From Planctomycetales bacterium (GTDB taxonomy: Bacteria; 4484-113), in assembly GCA_037441675.1 (NCBI GenBank), contig JBBIRS010000002.1:263249-327248 (forward strand): a DNA stretch of 64,000 bases. The letters are read 5' to 3'. Position numbers and translations under genes: made by a program. Of the stretch, positions 1-10,207 are shown one piece after another (positions within the stretch are counted from its first letter, which is position 1; every line of letters begins with the position of its first letter). The notes beneath the pieces are model-generated. The model searched no databases, was not told the DNA's origin, and saw only the letters and a list, made by a program, of their open reading frames with translations.

Positions 1-393
1 ATACACCTGACCCGCACGCTCCTTTTCAACCGAACGCCAAAGCCTTATATCAAAGGAGCTGGGATATGCGTAAGCTCTTGGCTTCTTCCCTTCAGTATCA
101 GATTTCCAAGTTTGTGGGTGAGTATGACATTCCCCAACGACTTTCTCGCCTGATAGTTCAGACAAGACTTTTTGAACTGCGTCCCAACTCCTATCTTGAA
201 CCCAAACCTCACGGTTGCTTGCATCAGCTGTGGAGAAGACCTGAGCAGCTTCAACCCAAACCTCACCATCTGCTACCACACCCAAGAGCGCAGCGAACAT
301 TTCGTGGCGATATCTATGGCTGAATGCCTCTGCTGCTGCTATTACCAGAGATGAAAATGCATTCTGCTGTAAATGAATTACCTTAGGAACCAT
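1..393 (-). CDS. JAB/MPN+ (JAMM) domain metalloprotease, partial (runs off the window edge)
   Basis: Not in the ORF track. Manual translation from ATG at 393 is open to position 1: MVPKVIHLQQNAFSSLVIAAAEAFSHRYRHEMFAALLG...VVGECHTHP...AYPSSFDIRLW. It contains the E...HxH...SxxD JAMM signature. Confidence 0.75.
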   Translation of the reverse strand, partial: MVPKVIHLQQNAFSSLVIAAAEAFSHRYRHEMFAALLGVVADGEVWVEAAQVFSTADASNREVWVQDRSWDAVQKVLSELSGEKVVGECHTHPQTWKSDTEGKKPRAYAYPSSFDIRLWRSVEKERAGQVY

Positions 394-623
394 ATATCCC
401 GTTAATCCAGACTGTAATTATATACCCAATTCACATGTGATATTTATCAATATTCCAATAGTAATAAACATACCCTTAAAGGCAAGCCTCCCTCCTCGCT
501 AGTTTCTCATTATTTCGCAAAAAACAAACTACATCCTTTCGCTTTTTCGAAATTCCAACAATCAATAAAAAACATCTGTTTAAGACTAATCTTAAATGGC
601 AAGAGGAATCAATTTTCATATAT

Positions 624-2054
624 TCACTTTCCTACGCAGAAGTTCCTGAAAATCTCATCAAGCACCATATCGCGGGATTCGAGCCAGAGAATACTTGATA
701 GAGCGCGTTGAGCTGAGTAAAGATCAATAGATATAACATCCAGTGGAATTTCATTCTCCACCGCTGAAAGTGCCTGGCTAAGAGAATTCGCTGCCACCTC
801 TGTCAGTTTCTTCTGCCTTTCGGTTAACAAATACCTTATGCCTGTTTCCTTCACTTCTGTTAAGCTTTTCAGAAATAATTGAAGTTCATTTAGTCCTGTA
901 CCAGTATAGGAGGAAATGAGATGAGCATTGATTTTATGCGTAACTTCTTGGACCATTCGCAAGTTTTCCGGAGGAATCGTATCCGCCTTAGTTATTCCAA
1001 GAAAGAAGGGGAGATTTTCCTTCTTAGCGCTATTAACCAACTCAGACAAACGCGGAAGTGGATTAGCGGAGACGCTATTGAGGAATGCGACCTCCTCAAG
1101 AATGATAAGCGCGTCTGCTTCGCTCATCAGTTTCTTTGCCCACTCCATTCCAATCATTTCAACAAGTTCCTTTGCTTCACGAAGCCCAGCGGTGTCAACG
1201 AGTAGGACTTTCACTCCACCAACTTTCACGCTTTCCACTAGGTAATCCCGAGTAGTTCCGGGAATTTCTGTAACAATCGCACGTTCAAACCCGAGAAGTC
1301 TGTTAAAAAGAGTAGATTTGCCCACGTTAGGCGCCCCTAGTATCACCACTTTTAACCCCTCACGCAGGCGCGAGTAACGGTTGTAGAAATCAATGGCGGA
1401 TTCTAGTTCCTGAATAACAGGCATAAGATTGGAGCGGACAAATTCCACCTCACTTCCTGCATCTCCCAGCGCCTCCCTTTCATCTATACTCGCATCCGCT
1501 ACGCCTCCCGGATAATCGTGGACAACCTCAATATGAGCCAAAACGCGGTTTAGCTTGTCTAGCCAGTTTTGAACGCGCGCGGAAAGCTCTCCGCAAAGCT
1601 GATGCACCGCAAGCCTCAGAATTTCCTCGGACCCAGCGCGGATAGTATCATTCACCGCTTCCGCTTGAGATAAATCCAGCTTGCCGTTCAAATAAGCGCG
1701 AAAGGAGAACTCTCCAGGCTCCGCTATGCGTCCTCCGAGAGATTTAAGTCTTTCCAGTAGGCTTTCAACGAGGAGCATATTCCCGGGAAGTGTAATCTCA
1801 AGGACGTTCTCGCCTGTGTAGGAATTTGGAGCCTTGAAGCAAATGATAACCCCATCTACAAAAAGTCCCTCTGCAAACTCTACACGCCTTAAGAAGTGCT
1901 TACCAGCGCAATTCTTGGGAAGTGGCTTATCAATTATCCGCGCAACGATATCATAAGCTCTTTCACCCGAAACCCTAACAATCGCCAGCGCAGAAGTCCC
2001 ATACGGCGTGGAGAGCGCGCATATTGTATCCTCGGTAAGGTAACTAATCCGCAT
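624..2054 (-). CDS. mnmE: tRNA uridine-5-carboxymethylaminomethyl modification GTPase MnmE/TrmE
   Basis: DTICALST, SYTGENVLE, AEPGEFS.RA..NGKLDLSQAE, GAPNVGKS, PGTTRD, DTAG and C-terminal FCVGK. Confidence 0.97.
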   Translation of the reverse strand: MRISYLTEDTICALSTPYGTSALAIVRVSGERAYDIVARIIDKPLPKNCAGKHFLRRVEFAEGLFVDGVIICFKAPNSYTGENVLEITLPGNMLLVESLLERLKSLGGRIAEPGEFSFRAYLNGKLDLSQAEAVNDTIRAGSEEILRLAVHQLCGELSARVQNWLDKLNRVLAHIEVVHDYPGGVADASIDEREALGDAGSEVEFVRSNLMPVIQELESAIDFYNRYSRLREGLKVVILGAPNVGKSTLFNRLLGFERAIVTEIPGTTRDYLVESVKVGGVKVLLVDTAGLREAKELVEMIGMEWAKKLMSEADALIILEEVAFLNSVSANPLPRLSELVNSAKKENLPFFLGITKADTIPPENLRMVQEVTHKINAHLISSYTGTGLNELQLFLKSLTEVKETGIRYLLTERQKKLTEVAANSLSQALSAVENEIPLDVISIDLYSAQRALSSILWLESRDMVLDEIFRNFCVGK

Positions 2055-2123
2055 ACATTTATCCTACCACCAGTTACTCCTCTAGTTTACCAATCTTAAG
2101 CGTGGTAAAATCCGCAAAGAGAA

Positions 2124-3032
2124 ATGGCGCAGAAGAAGCCAAAAACTAATCCTAAAATCGGAAAGGAAAGAGAAAAAGAAGACCAACCTGAACGGAGAGA
2201 GAATAATTTCCGAATCTTTCTCACAAACGATGATGGGATATATGCAGAGGGTTTATTAGCACTTGCCCGTGAACTATCCCCACTGGCGGATATTACCATC
2301 GTTGCGCCGGATGGTCCACGCTCCGCAGTCAGCCACTCAATCACCCTCCACAAACCCTTGCGCCTTCACGCGGTTAACGACTTTCCCTGGAATGTTCACT
2401 CTAGCCATCCCCGTACCTCATACAAGTGTTCTGGGTCTCCTTCCGATTGCGTCATGCTTGGAGTTCTTGAGATTATGAAGGACAAACCTCCTCATCTTGT
2501 TATTTCGGGTATAAACGATGGTCCCAATATGGCGGAAGATTTAACCTACTCTGGAACCGTTGCCGCGGCGATGGAGGGAGCAATACTAGGCTTTCCAAGC
2601 ATTTCAGTTAGTCTAGCACGATCTGAAGCAAGACACTTTGATACCGCGGCGTATTTCGTGAAAGAAATCATCGCTAAGCTCTTCTCTTCAGGCAATGTAT
2701 CACAGTGGTATGCGGTTGATATAAATGCGCTTAAGGCAAAATTCGGTGGGAAGCTTTTTATTAACGTAAATATACCTGACCTGCCCATTAATAAGGTAAG
2801 AGGAATTAGGGTTTGCAAGCCTGGCTTTAGGGGATATAAAGATGTCATTCAAAGGATGACAGATCCTCGCGGTAGACCATTTTATTGGATTGCCGGCGAG
2901 CGAATTGAAGAGGATAGCCATGAGGATACAGACGTGCAGTCGTTATCCAGAGGCTACATTGCGGTCACACCCCTAACTTGGGAAATCTTTTTTGAACCTG
3001 CCTTCAAAAAAGTTAAGCAAGCTCTAGAATAG
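2124..3032 (+). CDS. surE: 5'/3'-nucleotidase SurE
   Basis: LTNDDG, G(S)PSDCV, VISGINDGPN, YSGTVAAAMEG, DPRGRPFYW. Confidence 0.95.
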   Translation: MAQKKPKTNPKIGKEREKEDQPERRENNFRIFLTNDDGIYAEGLLALARELSPLADITIVAPDGPRSAVSHSITLHKPLRLHAVNDFPWNVHSSHPRTSYKCSGSPSDCVMLGVLEIMKDKPPHLVISGINDGPNMAEDLTYSGTVAAAMEGAILGFPSISVSLARSEARHFDTAAYFVKEIIAKLFSSGNVSQWYAVDINALKAKFGGKLFINVNIPDLPINKVRGIRVCKPGFRGYKDVIQRMTDPRGRPFYWIAGERIEEDSHEDTDVQSLSRGYIAVTPLTWEIFFEPAFKKVKQALE

Positions 3033-3323
3033 TTGAGGGACAAATTCATCAACACAAGAAGTAAAAAGTAATTAGGAACTTAAAGGATGCATGAAGCCTC
3101 ATGTTTGCTTCTATTACGTCATATTTAATTTCATTGCAACTTGGGCTAATACATTCTTCACATATAAAACGCAAATTACGGAAAAGCAGTAATTCGTTTG
3201 ACTACTACAATAATCCTCTTATCGTCAGAAGCTGTGTAAAATGAATCGCACTAGCAGGCAGTTTCTATGTTATTATCGGGGGAGTGCGCTTACATTTCAG
3301 GGGGTAAATCTAACTTCGCACAA

Positions 3324-4757
3324 TCATGCCGTCTGCAAAATCCGTTTTGCACGAGCTACACAATCTTCTACTCTCCCATTATTAGTATCATCACAGTATA
3401 TTCTGAGTAATGGCTCGGTCCCCGAAAGCCGAAGCAGGAGAAAACCTTTATCCCAGTCAAGTTTTAATCCATCAATGGTTGAAACTTTCTCGTATTTTAT
3501 TTGAAGTCTCTCCGGAGTGTCCTTCAACTCTGAGATTAGCTGATTCATTCTCGCTACCTCGGAGGAATTTTTAAGGAGGATATCCTCATGATAGAAATAA
3601 CTCTTTTCAAACCTGTCGCAAATCTCTTCCCTTAAATCGCGCAAGTTCTTCCCGCTTATCGCCATCGCTTCCAGCACAAGTAGAAGTTCAAGAAGAGCAT
3701 CTCTCTCCGGCAAGTAAAATCCAAAGCCAATCCCTCCACTTTCCTCTCCTGCGGTTAACGTTCCCTCCTTGAGCAACTCTTTTGTAGCATATTTGAAACC
3801 TACAGGTATTTCCACAACTTGAGCGCCGAAAGCGCTCGCTATGCGGTCGATAAATTTAGAAAAGCTAACCGTCTTTACTACTCTGCCTTTCATGTTCCTA
3901 TTCTCAAGAAGGTGAAGCAGGAGAATACCATAAACCTCGTGAGGTGGAATCACCTCTCCAGTCTCGTCAACTAACCCAAGCCTATCCCCGTCTCCATCAA
4001 ACGCTGCACCAAAACTTTTTTCAACGTCCGCCTCAACCCACGCTGACAAGGTTTTTAGTTCATCTCCTACCGGCTCTGGCCTGCCACCGCCAAAAAGTGG
4101 GTCAGGGGTAGTCCGAATAGGTTGATGATTCACCCCTATACCGTTCAGTACCGCACAGTTCACGACAGAACTCGCGCCATGCATAAAGTCTATGGTCACA
4201 GAAGACAGTTTTCTTATAGCTTCTGCGTCTAGCAGTTTGATGAGATGTTGAGTGTAGCTATTGGTGAGATTGAATTTTTCCGGAAAATAAGCGTTAGCAA
4301 ATATTTCCTCCGAATCTATATAATTAGCATCAACCTCTCCTGAAAGAGTTGATATTAATTCCTGAATTTCTGGTAATGCGCTCCCACCCTCTTTCCCCTT
4401 TATCTTGTAGCCAAGGTAATAGAATGGATTATGACTGGAGGTGATGACTACGCCAAGCGGAGCGGTGAATTCTTTTACCGCAAAAGAAATGTAAGGGGAT
4501 GGACAAAAATTATTGGATAGGACAGGCTTATAGCCTGCCTTCTCAAGAACATAACATACCCCTATGGCAAACTGTTTAGCCAAGAACCTGGTGTCGTAGC
4601 CAACGGGGATTGGGTGGTATGATTCTGGGCAAATTTGCTTAATTGCATGGGCTGTGGCTAGTGCCAATCTCTCAACAGTTGTCCAAGTAAAGTCCCTTCC
4701 AATAATTCCCCGATAACCATCAGAGCCGAACTTAAGCTTTGCCCCGTGCTTATCCAT
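3324..4757 (-). CDS. Phosphoglucomutase/phosphomannomutase family protein
   Basis: FGSDG.RG, TSSHNP phosphoserine loop, FDGDGDR metal loop, GEESGG, RLSGTEPLLRIY. Confidence 0.93.
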   Translation of the reverse strand: MDKHGAKLKFGSDGYRGIIGRDFTWTTVERLALATAHAIKQICPESYHPIPVGYDTRFLAKQFAIGVCYVLEKAGYKPVLSNNFCPSPYISFAVKEFTAPLGVVITSSHNPFYYLGYKIKGKEGGSALPEIQELISTLSGEVDANYIDSEEIFANAYFPEKFNLTNSYTQHLIKLLDAEAIRKLSSVTIDFMHGASSVVNCAVLNGIGVNHQPIRTTPDPLFGGGRPEPVGDELKTLSAWVEADVEKSFGAAFDGDGDRLGLVDETGEVIPPHEVYGILLLHLLENRNMKGRVVKTVSFSKFIDRIASAFGAQVVEIPVGFKYATKELLKEGTLTAGEESGGIGFGFYLPERDALLELLLVLEAMAISGKNLRDLREEICDRFEKSYFYHEDILLKNSSEVARMNQLISELKDTPERLQIKYEKVSTIDGLKLDWDKGFLLLRLSGTEPLLRIYCDDTNNGRVEDCVARAKRILQTA

Positions 4758-4781
4758 CCAATAAGAATTAGGAATGAAGGT

Positions 4782-5096
4782 TTACAGGATTGATTCAATC
4801 ATTTCCTTCAAAGCGTCGTACTCCCTGAAACCAACAACTTGCTTAACTACTCCGCCGTTACGGAAGAATATAATTGTTGGGACTGAAGTAATGTTAAACC
4901 TTCGGGCTAAGGTGGGACTTTGGTCAGTGTTAATCTCATACACCTTAATTTTCCCACTGTAATCCGTTGATATTTTTTCTATCACAGGGTGAAGCATCTT
5001 ACAAGGAGGACACCAATCTGCGGAAAAATCCAAGAGAACTGGTAGTTCGCTCTTTTCAACCTTTTCCGTAAATTCACTTTCAGCAAGCAATTGCAT
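4782..5096 (-). CDS. trxA: Thioredoxin (WCPPC active site)
   Basis: DFSADWCPPCK, cis-Pro VPT, about 105 aa. Start moved to the ATG at 5096 (or GTG at 5102) downstream of an AGGAG SD. Confidence 0.88.
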   Translation of the reverse strand: MQLLAESEFTEKVEKSELPVLLDFSADWCPPCKMLHPVIEKISTDYSGKIKVYEINTDQSPTLARRFNITSVPTIIFFRNGGVVKQVVGFREYDALKEMIESIL

Positions 5097-5327
5097 TTGC
5101 ACTCTCTCCTTTAATATCAATTAAGGTTTAACTGAATAAATGAATATCTTAGACAATGGATGATTATTTCACCATCCAGTATTATATTGGAATTAATACG
5201 AAATAACTGCATAGACCACTGCAACTTATATAATTAAAATTTTACCACTTTGTTCGTAGTTTTCACACATAGAAATTTTGACTAGCGTTAGGATGCAAAG
5301 GCAAATTTTTAGCCTCTAAGTTGTAGT

Positions 5328-6716
5328 TTATATTCGGATATCGGAGACTTTAGTTGGTGATAGATGTATATTCTTTGCCGATTGATAATCTTCCAAATGA
5401 TAGGAAAGTTTATGCATAAGAAATGAAGCTGTTAGGAATAAAAGAGTTGCCAGAATGCACACGGGGTATGGACCAAAAAATGTATTGAGTATGTATCCAA
5501 TAACTGGACCCATTGCTCCCCTTATGCCTACTAGTGTAATATGAGCACCCATAAAAGGAGCTGCATCTCTCTCGCCAGCAAAGAAAATGTTCCCAAGAGA
5601 CCATACTAGGCTTAATCCTGCCATTCCAGCACCAAATATGATTGATGATAGGTAAACCATAATAATAGGAGGAATTGATATCAACTCTGCAAGTGGCTTA
5701 GCTAAAAATAGAGTTAGCGGGTAAAAGGCTAGGATTAGGTATACCCATCGACTAAATTTAGCTGGATCATTCTTGTCGTAAAAACGCCCGAAGATTGGAA
5801 GAGTTGCGATGGTTGCTAGTTGAAAGAAAAAACCAGAAATTCCAACCTGAGTATAGCTAATTGCCAGTTCTTCCACTAGAAATACTGGCGCGACAACCGC
5901 CATTATCATAAATGCAAGTCCGTAAATGAAGAAATTTCTCTCAAAAGTAGCAAAAGTAGGATTCTGCTTAAGAACGTTCGTGCTGTGAACTAAAGGTACA
6001 ACAACGCTTCTGTAAAATACCTTTAGAAGCGGTTCTCCCCGCAGAAAGAGAGTTTTTTCACCCTTACGAGGAGCTCCACCTCGTATATGTACCTTTGATC
6101 TAAGATATATTCCAATGAATCCAACCACACCTGCCAAAGCGAATAACCACTGGAAGTTCTTCTGATGCGCCTCCAGGACGAGTCCTCCAATAAAAGTACC
6201 AATCATAGTTGCGGAACTTGCAATAGACACGGTTACTGAGTAAAGCTTTCCCAACAGGGGTCTTGAGATATTAGCTTGTAAAATGGCGTTGGTTGCGGGA
6301 ATTATGCCCGAGCTGAATATGAACACTAAGGTGCAAACGACAAGAAATGAGGTTGGCGTAGACACAAAAAGCATTAGCAAAAGAGTTAGTCTTCCAAGAA
6401 CTCCAAACCATAGAAGGAATTTCCTCTTATCTCTACCTAACATCCACTCGGTAAAGAAAATGCCTGAAACGAGCGCAACTGAGCCCGAAAGTTGAAGGAT
6501 TGTGACGTGAATAGACGAGCCAGAAAGAGATTTCAGAACAACAAAACTAGCCAGCCCAAATACCCCCATGGCTAAACCATCTAAAATAGACGTAAGAATT
6601 AGCCAATGTAGGGTGTACTTGTCGATCAGTCCTAGTTTGAACCAATTAAGCGGATAGAAGTTCCGCGCAACTCTTGTCCAAACTACCATACTTTTATTTT
6701 CTAAACATAATTTCAA
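5328..6716 (-). CDS. Major facilitator superfamily transporter
   Basis: About 12 hydrophobic segments in two halves with a hydrophilic central loop, and GRFYDK motif-A-like repeat. Start uncertain. Confidence 0.8.
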   Translation of the reverse strand: MKLCLENKSMVVWTRVARNFYPLNWFKLGLIDKYTLHWLILTSILDGLAMGVFGLASFVVLKSLSGSSIHVTILQLSGSVALVSGIFFTEWMLGRDKRKFLLWFGVLGRLTLLLMLFVSTPTSFLVVCTLVFIFSSGIIPATNAILQANISRPLLGKLYSVTVSIASSATMIGTFIGGLVLEAHQKNFQWLFALAGVVGFIGIYLRSKVHIRGGAPRKGEKTLFLRGEPLLKVFYRSVVVPLVHSTNVLKQNPTFATFERNFFIYGLAFMIMAVVAPVFLVEELAISYTQVGISGFFFQLATIATLPIFGRFYDKNDPAKFSRWVYLILAFYPLTLFLAKPLAELISIPPIIMVYLSSIIFGAGMAGLSLVWSLGNIFFAGERDAAPFMGAHITLVGIRGAMGPVIGYILNTFFGPYPVCILATLLFLTASFLMHKLSYHLEDYQSAKNIHLSPTKVSDIRI

Positions 6717-6854
6717 ATCTCATAAAACAAAAGGCGCTTTCACAGACTAAATCTGTCTACTCGCGCCTATACTGAATCCAAAGTTTCTCTTTGCGTGATA
6801 ATATACTATCACTTTTTTAGTGGTTCTAATCTTATAAACACGGGTTTTTCAATA

Positions 6855-7568
6855 ATGAATCTACTTTTTGCCACTAGAAATATTCATAAGGCATATGAGG
6901 TAGTGGAAGTTCTAAAGAAGAAATTAGCAATTCCTCATATTTTCACACTTCAAGATTTCCCATCATTTCCGGATTTTGTGGAGGATGGAGTGAGCTTCTC
7001 TGAGATTTCCGCTGGTAAAGCTACTTACTATTCAAAATGCTTATTAAATACAGGCAGAAAGGGTTGGTACGTTCTCTCAGAAGATTCGGGCTTGGAAGTT
7101 TTTCTATTAGATAGCTACCCTGGTATCAGAAGTAATCGCATTGCCGAAACTGATAGGGATAGGATAAGAATCGTATTAGAAAAGCTCAATGAAGTTGACA
7201 AAAATAACACTTTAACACCAGTAGATGTCCTTGAGGGAGTTGATATGAAAATTTGGCAAGGAATTACCCGCCCATCCCGCGCCGCGCGTTTTGTTTCCGC
7301 AATGTCTATAGCAAAGGACGAAGAGCTATTGTTTACTGCCATAGGCGAGGTAAATGGATTTATAACATTTCAATTTATGGGAGAAAATGGCTTTGGTTAT
7401 GACCCAATATTCTTTTATCCAAAAGCCGGTAAGACTTTCGGGCAAATGAGCCGAGAGGAAAAAATGCATGTTAGTCATAGAGCAAGAGCGCTCGAGAAAG
7501 TAATCGCTTTCTTAGAGCCTTTATGTTTGGGAGAGTCTCGCCAAAGTCAGTTCTCATTCATAGGCTAG
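6855..7568 (+). CDS. rdgB: Non-canonical purine NTP pyrophosphatase (RdgB/HAM1 family)
   Basis: FATRNIHK, EDSGL, PGIRS, GFGYDPIF, SHR. Start set at MNLLFAT (6855). Confidence 0.92.
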   Translation: MNLLFATRNIHKAYEVVEVLKKKLAIPHIFTLQDFPSFPDFVEDGVSFSEISAGKATYYSKCLLNTGRKGWYVLSEDSGLEVFLLDSYPGIRSNRIAETDRDRIRIVLEKLNEVDKNNTLTPVDVLEGVDMKIWQGITRPSRAARFVSAMSIAKDEELLFTAIGEVNGFITFQFMGENGFGYDPIFFYPKAGKTFGQMSREEKMHVSHRARALEKVIAFLEPLCLGESRQSQFSFIG

Positions 7569-7678
7569 TTAACATAGAAAATGTATTTATCGGAAATTAA
7601 CTTATTTCAGAAAAAAATGACCTGCTTTTCGGCTGGTCAAGTTGCTAATCCTAAAAATTAATAATTACGAGGAGGATA

Positions 7679-7903
7679 ATGGAGAAATCAGTAAAAAAAG
7701 TTATTGGGAAATACAGCTTAGAGGTTTACTTTCATAGTGATGGCGGATTAGAGGTGAAAGTAACAGGGCAAACCAACGATATGCGTGTGATATCCGTATT
7801 AGAGATTGAGAAAGTAAGATTCATAAATTCTATGATGATGCAAGCAAAAACGCAAGTAGTCCAAGCTCCGCCTCGACCTGGTCAAAAACCGCCTCAAGCG
7901 TAG
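7679..7903 (+). CDS. Small hypothetical protein (74 aa, Pro/Gln-rich tail)
   Basis: Strong GGAGGA SD just upstream of the ATG; isolated ORF in an intergenic gap. Confidence 0.65.
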   Translation: MEKSVKKVIGKYSLEVYFHSDGGLEVKVTGQTNDMRVISVLEIEKVRFINSMMMQAKTQVVQAPPRPGQKPPQA

Positions 7904-8089
7904 CTCTTAAATAGCATCATTTCACTGTGCAAGGCTATCACTTTATCCAGTTTAATTGACCTTTGGTTTCTATCTGAGGAACTCATGCTTTAATCAACCA
8001 CAAAGATTAAACCACGTATCTGTTAAGAAATGAGTACTTTCAATTACTAGCTTAAAATCGGATCTTAAAAGAGCTGATATAATCAAATC

Positions 8090-9232
8090 ATCAAGAAAGC
8101 AGTAGCAATAGTTGCACTTCCGAGTTTTGGGGGCTCTGGAATTTTAGCGACGGAGCTTGGGCTTGCCCTAGCTAGGCGAGGATGGGATGTTCATTTCATC
8201 ACTTCTGCCCCGCCCGCGCGTCTTTCCTCTGCCGCCCCTGAAGAAATTACGGAGGGCTTTGTTCATCTACATCAGGTTGTGACTTCAAGTTACCCCATCT
8301 TTACTTATCAGCCTTACACACTTGCACTTGCTGGAAGGATTGCGGAAGTTGTTGAAGATTATGACATAGAGATAATTCATGCTCATTATGCTATTCCCCA
8401 TTCTGTTGCCGCATTTCTTGCTAGTGAGGTAGTTGATAAAAAGTTAGTAAAAGTCACTACGCTTCACGGAACTGACATAACCATATTGGGCATTGATTCT
8501 GGTTTCAAGGAGATGATAAATCTTGCACTGAAGAAGTCGGACAAAGTCACTGCAGTCTCTAGCTGGTTGCAGGGAGAAACGGTAAAACATTTTAACTACA
8601 CGGGTAACATTCAAGTTATATATAATTTTGTAAACCCACGACTATTTCACCCCAATCAACCTGAGGCAGAGAAGGTTAAACAAAGGTATGTGAAAAAGGG
8701 AGAAACTCTTTTCATTCACGTAAGTAATTTTCGCTCAGTGAAGCGAGCTCCGTTAGTCGTAGAATTATTCGCCAAAATTAATAAGCACTATCCTGGGCAT
8801 CTTCTTATGATTGGCGAAGGGCCAGAACATTTCCAAGCTTACCAGAGTTCGGTAGAGTTGGGAGTATCCAACAAGGTCACCTTCTTGGATAGCGTGTTTC
8901 ATCTGCCGCCATACCTAGCTGCAGCCGACATTTTCCTAATGCCATCAATTTCGGAAAGCTTTGGATTAGCGGCGCTTGAGGCAATGGCTTGTGGAACGCC
9001 CGTTATCGCTAGCAAGGTTGGCGGACTTCCCGAAGTGATTGATCATGGCGTGGATGGTTTCTTATGCGAGAAGGATGACATTGACGGTATGGTTAATTAC
9101 GCAAAAACCCTAATTGAAGAAAAAGAGCTTCTTAAAACTCTCAGCGAAAATTGCGCATTAAAACCTGAGAAAAAGTTCCCCTACGAGAACTTAGTTTCCC
9201 AGTACGAGAATTTATACTTGAGTTTAAGTTAG
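8090..9232 (+). CDS. bshA: N-acetyl-alpha-D-glucosaminyl L-malate synthase BshA (GT4 glycosyltransferase)
   Basis: The frame upstream of the track's GTG (8279) encodes KKAVAIVALPSFGGSGILATELG. Also HAHYAIPH, TTLHGTD, SNFRSVKR and ESFGLAALEAM. No ATG/GTG/TTG lies between the in-frame TGA (8075) and this motif, so the start is placed at ATC 8090. Confidence 0.88.
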   Translation: MKKAVAIVALPSFGGSGILATELGLALARRGWDVHFITSAPPARLSSAAPEEITEGFVHLHQVVTSSYPIFTYQPYTLALAGRIAEVVEDYDIEIIHAHYAIPHSVAAFLASEVVDKKLVKVTTLHGTDITILGIDSGFKEMINLALKKSDKVTAVSSWLQGETVKHFNYTGNIQVIYNFVNPRLFHPNQPEAEKVKQRYVKKGETLFIHVSNFRSVKRAPLVVELFAKINKHYPGHLLMIGEGPEHFQAYQSSVELGVSNKVTFLDSVFHLPPYLAAADIFLMPSISESFGLAALEAMACGTPVIASKVGGLPEVIDHGVDGFLCEKDDIDGMVNYAKTLIEEKELLKTLSENCALKPEKKFPYENLVSQYENLYLSLS

Positions 9233-9310
9233 ATAATTCACAAGCCTTTCAAACACCCAGTTTAGGGTAAAAAGTGTAAATTGAGATATTAAGGGTGCAA
9301 CCTAGGCAAG

Positions 9311-9381
9311 CTGGGGCGGGAGGATTCGAACCTCCGGTCGCGGATCCAAAGTCCGCTGCCTTACCGCTTGGCTACACCCCA
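9311..9381 (-). tRNA. tRNA-Gln (anticodon TTG), CCA not encoded
   Basis: Reverse complement TGGGGTG...GCGGA-CTTTGGA-TCCGC...GGAGG-TTCGAAT-CCTCC-CGCCCCA-G folds as a cloverleaf. Confidence 0.96.
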
Positions 9382-9601
9382 AAAATTACTGCAACATTCT
9401 TTCAACTAATCCTAATTATACATTTCTGCGAGTTAATTAAATCTAGCTCCACTTGAAAATCCAGAAGCACCACTTTACTCCCCCTGTATCTACAATTTAC
9501 TTGACAATTCTTCAATTAACTCCGCACACATAAAATTGCCGATTACGCGCCTAAGGAGAGGTAGTTTAAGTGTAAACTAAAGGACTTTTGCTATTCATTT
9601 C

Positions 9602-10003
9602 TTATCCCAAATTTGCAAGACCTAACATTTCGGTAAGCAAAAGTAGCAAGCTTAATAGAGTTAATCCCAAGAGAACTAGAACTCTCTCACGTCTAACTGG
9701 TAGGTACCTTAACCAGAGTACAAGTATACCTATAATCATAGCGAGTAGGACAGATAGGGATGCAACATGTTTATGCCCAGGTGCGGGTAGCAAGCTTGAT
9801 GTTTCACTTGAGCTCAGATATCTTCCAGATAAGAAGGCAAACATAGAGGAAACTGCAACCGCAACCAGAGAATAAAAGGCGGTTTCCAACATTACACTAG
9901 CTCTCCGGATAATTCCAAGAATGAACATAATCAAGCCGAAGATGCTTAGCACAACTGGAAACTGGACAAAAAATATATGAAGATTAAGTGGATTTATTTC
10001 CAT
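9602..10003 (-). CDS. Small four-TM membrane protein (DUF2231-like)
   Basis: N-terminal LHIFFVQFP resembles the HPxxVHFP motif; four hydrophobic helices and a later His (GHKH). Confidence 0.55.
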   Translation of the reverse strand: MEINPLNLHIFFVQFPVVLSIFGLIMFILGIIRRASVMLETAFYSLVAVAVSSMFAFLSGRYLSSSETSSLLPAPGHKHVASLSVLLAMIIGILVLWLRYLPVRRERVLVLLGLTLLSLLLLLTEMLGLANLG

Positions 10004-10207
10004 TATGTTTCAATAGAGTTAGTCTATCCCAAAATCTTTTTTTAATTCTGCTCCGTATGATAAATAACGTTTAATTAAAGCTAATAACCTTTAGCCATAA
10101 CAAATTAACCTAAAACAACTTAATAGGCACTTAATTTTAGGAAGATTTTGCGAATTAATATTTGTAGAAGAAAATTCTAGATAAACAATTTTCCTAGCAT
10201 ATATTTC

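Noticed and set aside
199..266. Direct repeat AACCCAAACCTCAC at ~199 and ~253
   Set aside because: Only two copies, both encoding EVWV within the JAB CDS; not a CRISPR array.
45..354. Three short track ORFs (45-269, 66-323, 172-354)
   Set aside because: They overlap the JAB frame on other frames or the opposite strand and have no recognisable motifs.
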